From a virus (Duplodnaviria > Caudoviricetes): DNA of 63,973 nucleotides. Location of the stretch: the IMG/VR virus record IMGVR_UViG_3300008114_000027, positions 1-63,973 of that record; one strand, written 5' to 3'. Each line of letters starts with the position of its first letter. Position 1 is the stretch's first letter. Positions 63,719-63,973 of this stretch are shown piece after piece. The notes below the pieces were generated by a model. It was given only the letters and a program-made list of their open reading frames with translations. It did no database searches and was not told where the DNA came from. A program made the translations under genes and the position numbers.

Positions 63719-63973
63719 AACGTGCTGATAGTGTTTGTGTTACAAGGGTTTTTGGGGTCAACTCGATTCGGCCTATAAGGATATTCTATAAGGACGAAAC
63801 GAGTGGGTGCGAAAATACGCACGGAGCCCTACATACACAAGCCCTTTAGCGTTTTTTAACTTTGTCAAATTTTGACAGCACTTTTCCGGGGACGAGGGGG
63901 TGCGATCATAACCGCGCGTTATCTGGGGACACGACACGCTTGTACCGGGGTGGTAACACGCGTATGTCGGGGT

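Noticed and set aside
63720-63830. Fourth hammerhead suggested by GGACGAAAC at about 63792
   Set aside because: No CTGANGA with a pairing stem II upstream (nearest is CTGATAG) and no closing stems.
1-63973. Stop-codon reassignment as in some crAss-like phages
   Set aside because: Long genes are intact in the standard code, all three stops end genes, and no suppressor tRNA is seen.

Overview
This looks like a nearly complete ~64 kb tailed-phage genome, probably a podovirus, infecting a Bacteroidota host. The host call rests on many TAnnTTTG promoter elements, AT-rich starts with no Shine-Dalgarno sequence, and BT4734- and DUF3127-type genes. About 0.6-11.1 kb on the + strand holds small early genes, an ERF recombinase and a spanin-like pair. 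The rest is on the - strand: accessory and replication genes (initiator with an internal iteron origin, primase-helicase, SSB, NinB/NinG-like), TerL, portal, capsid, tail ring and muzzle proteins, five large putative ejected proteins with a ferritin among them, and holin/CHAP lysis genes. I recognised no DNA or RNA polymerase, integrase or CRISPR array. The most striking signal is RNA punctuation of the early operon. Three perfect type I hammerhead ribozymes each cut 23 nt before the next ATG, and six copies of an unassigned bulged-hairpin motif plus one tRNA-like element occupy equivalent stop-to-start slots. Also notable: matching C- and N-terminal Cys-containing modules that could chain the giant proteins head-to-tail, and a kissing-loop attenuator upstream of the replication initiator. 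All product calls come from motif recognition by eye, not database searches.
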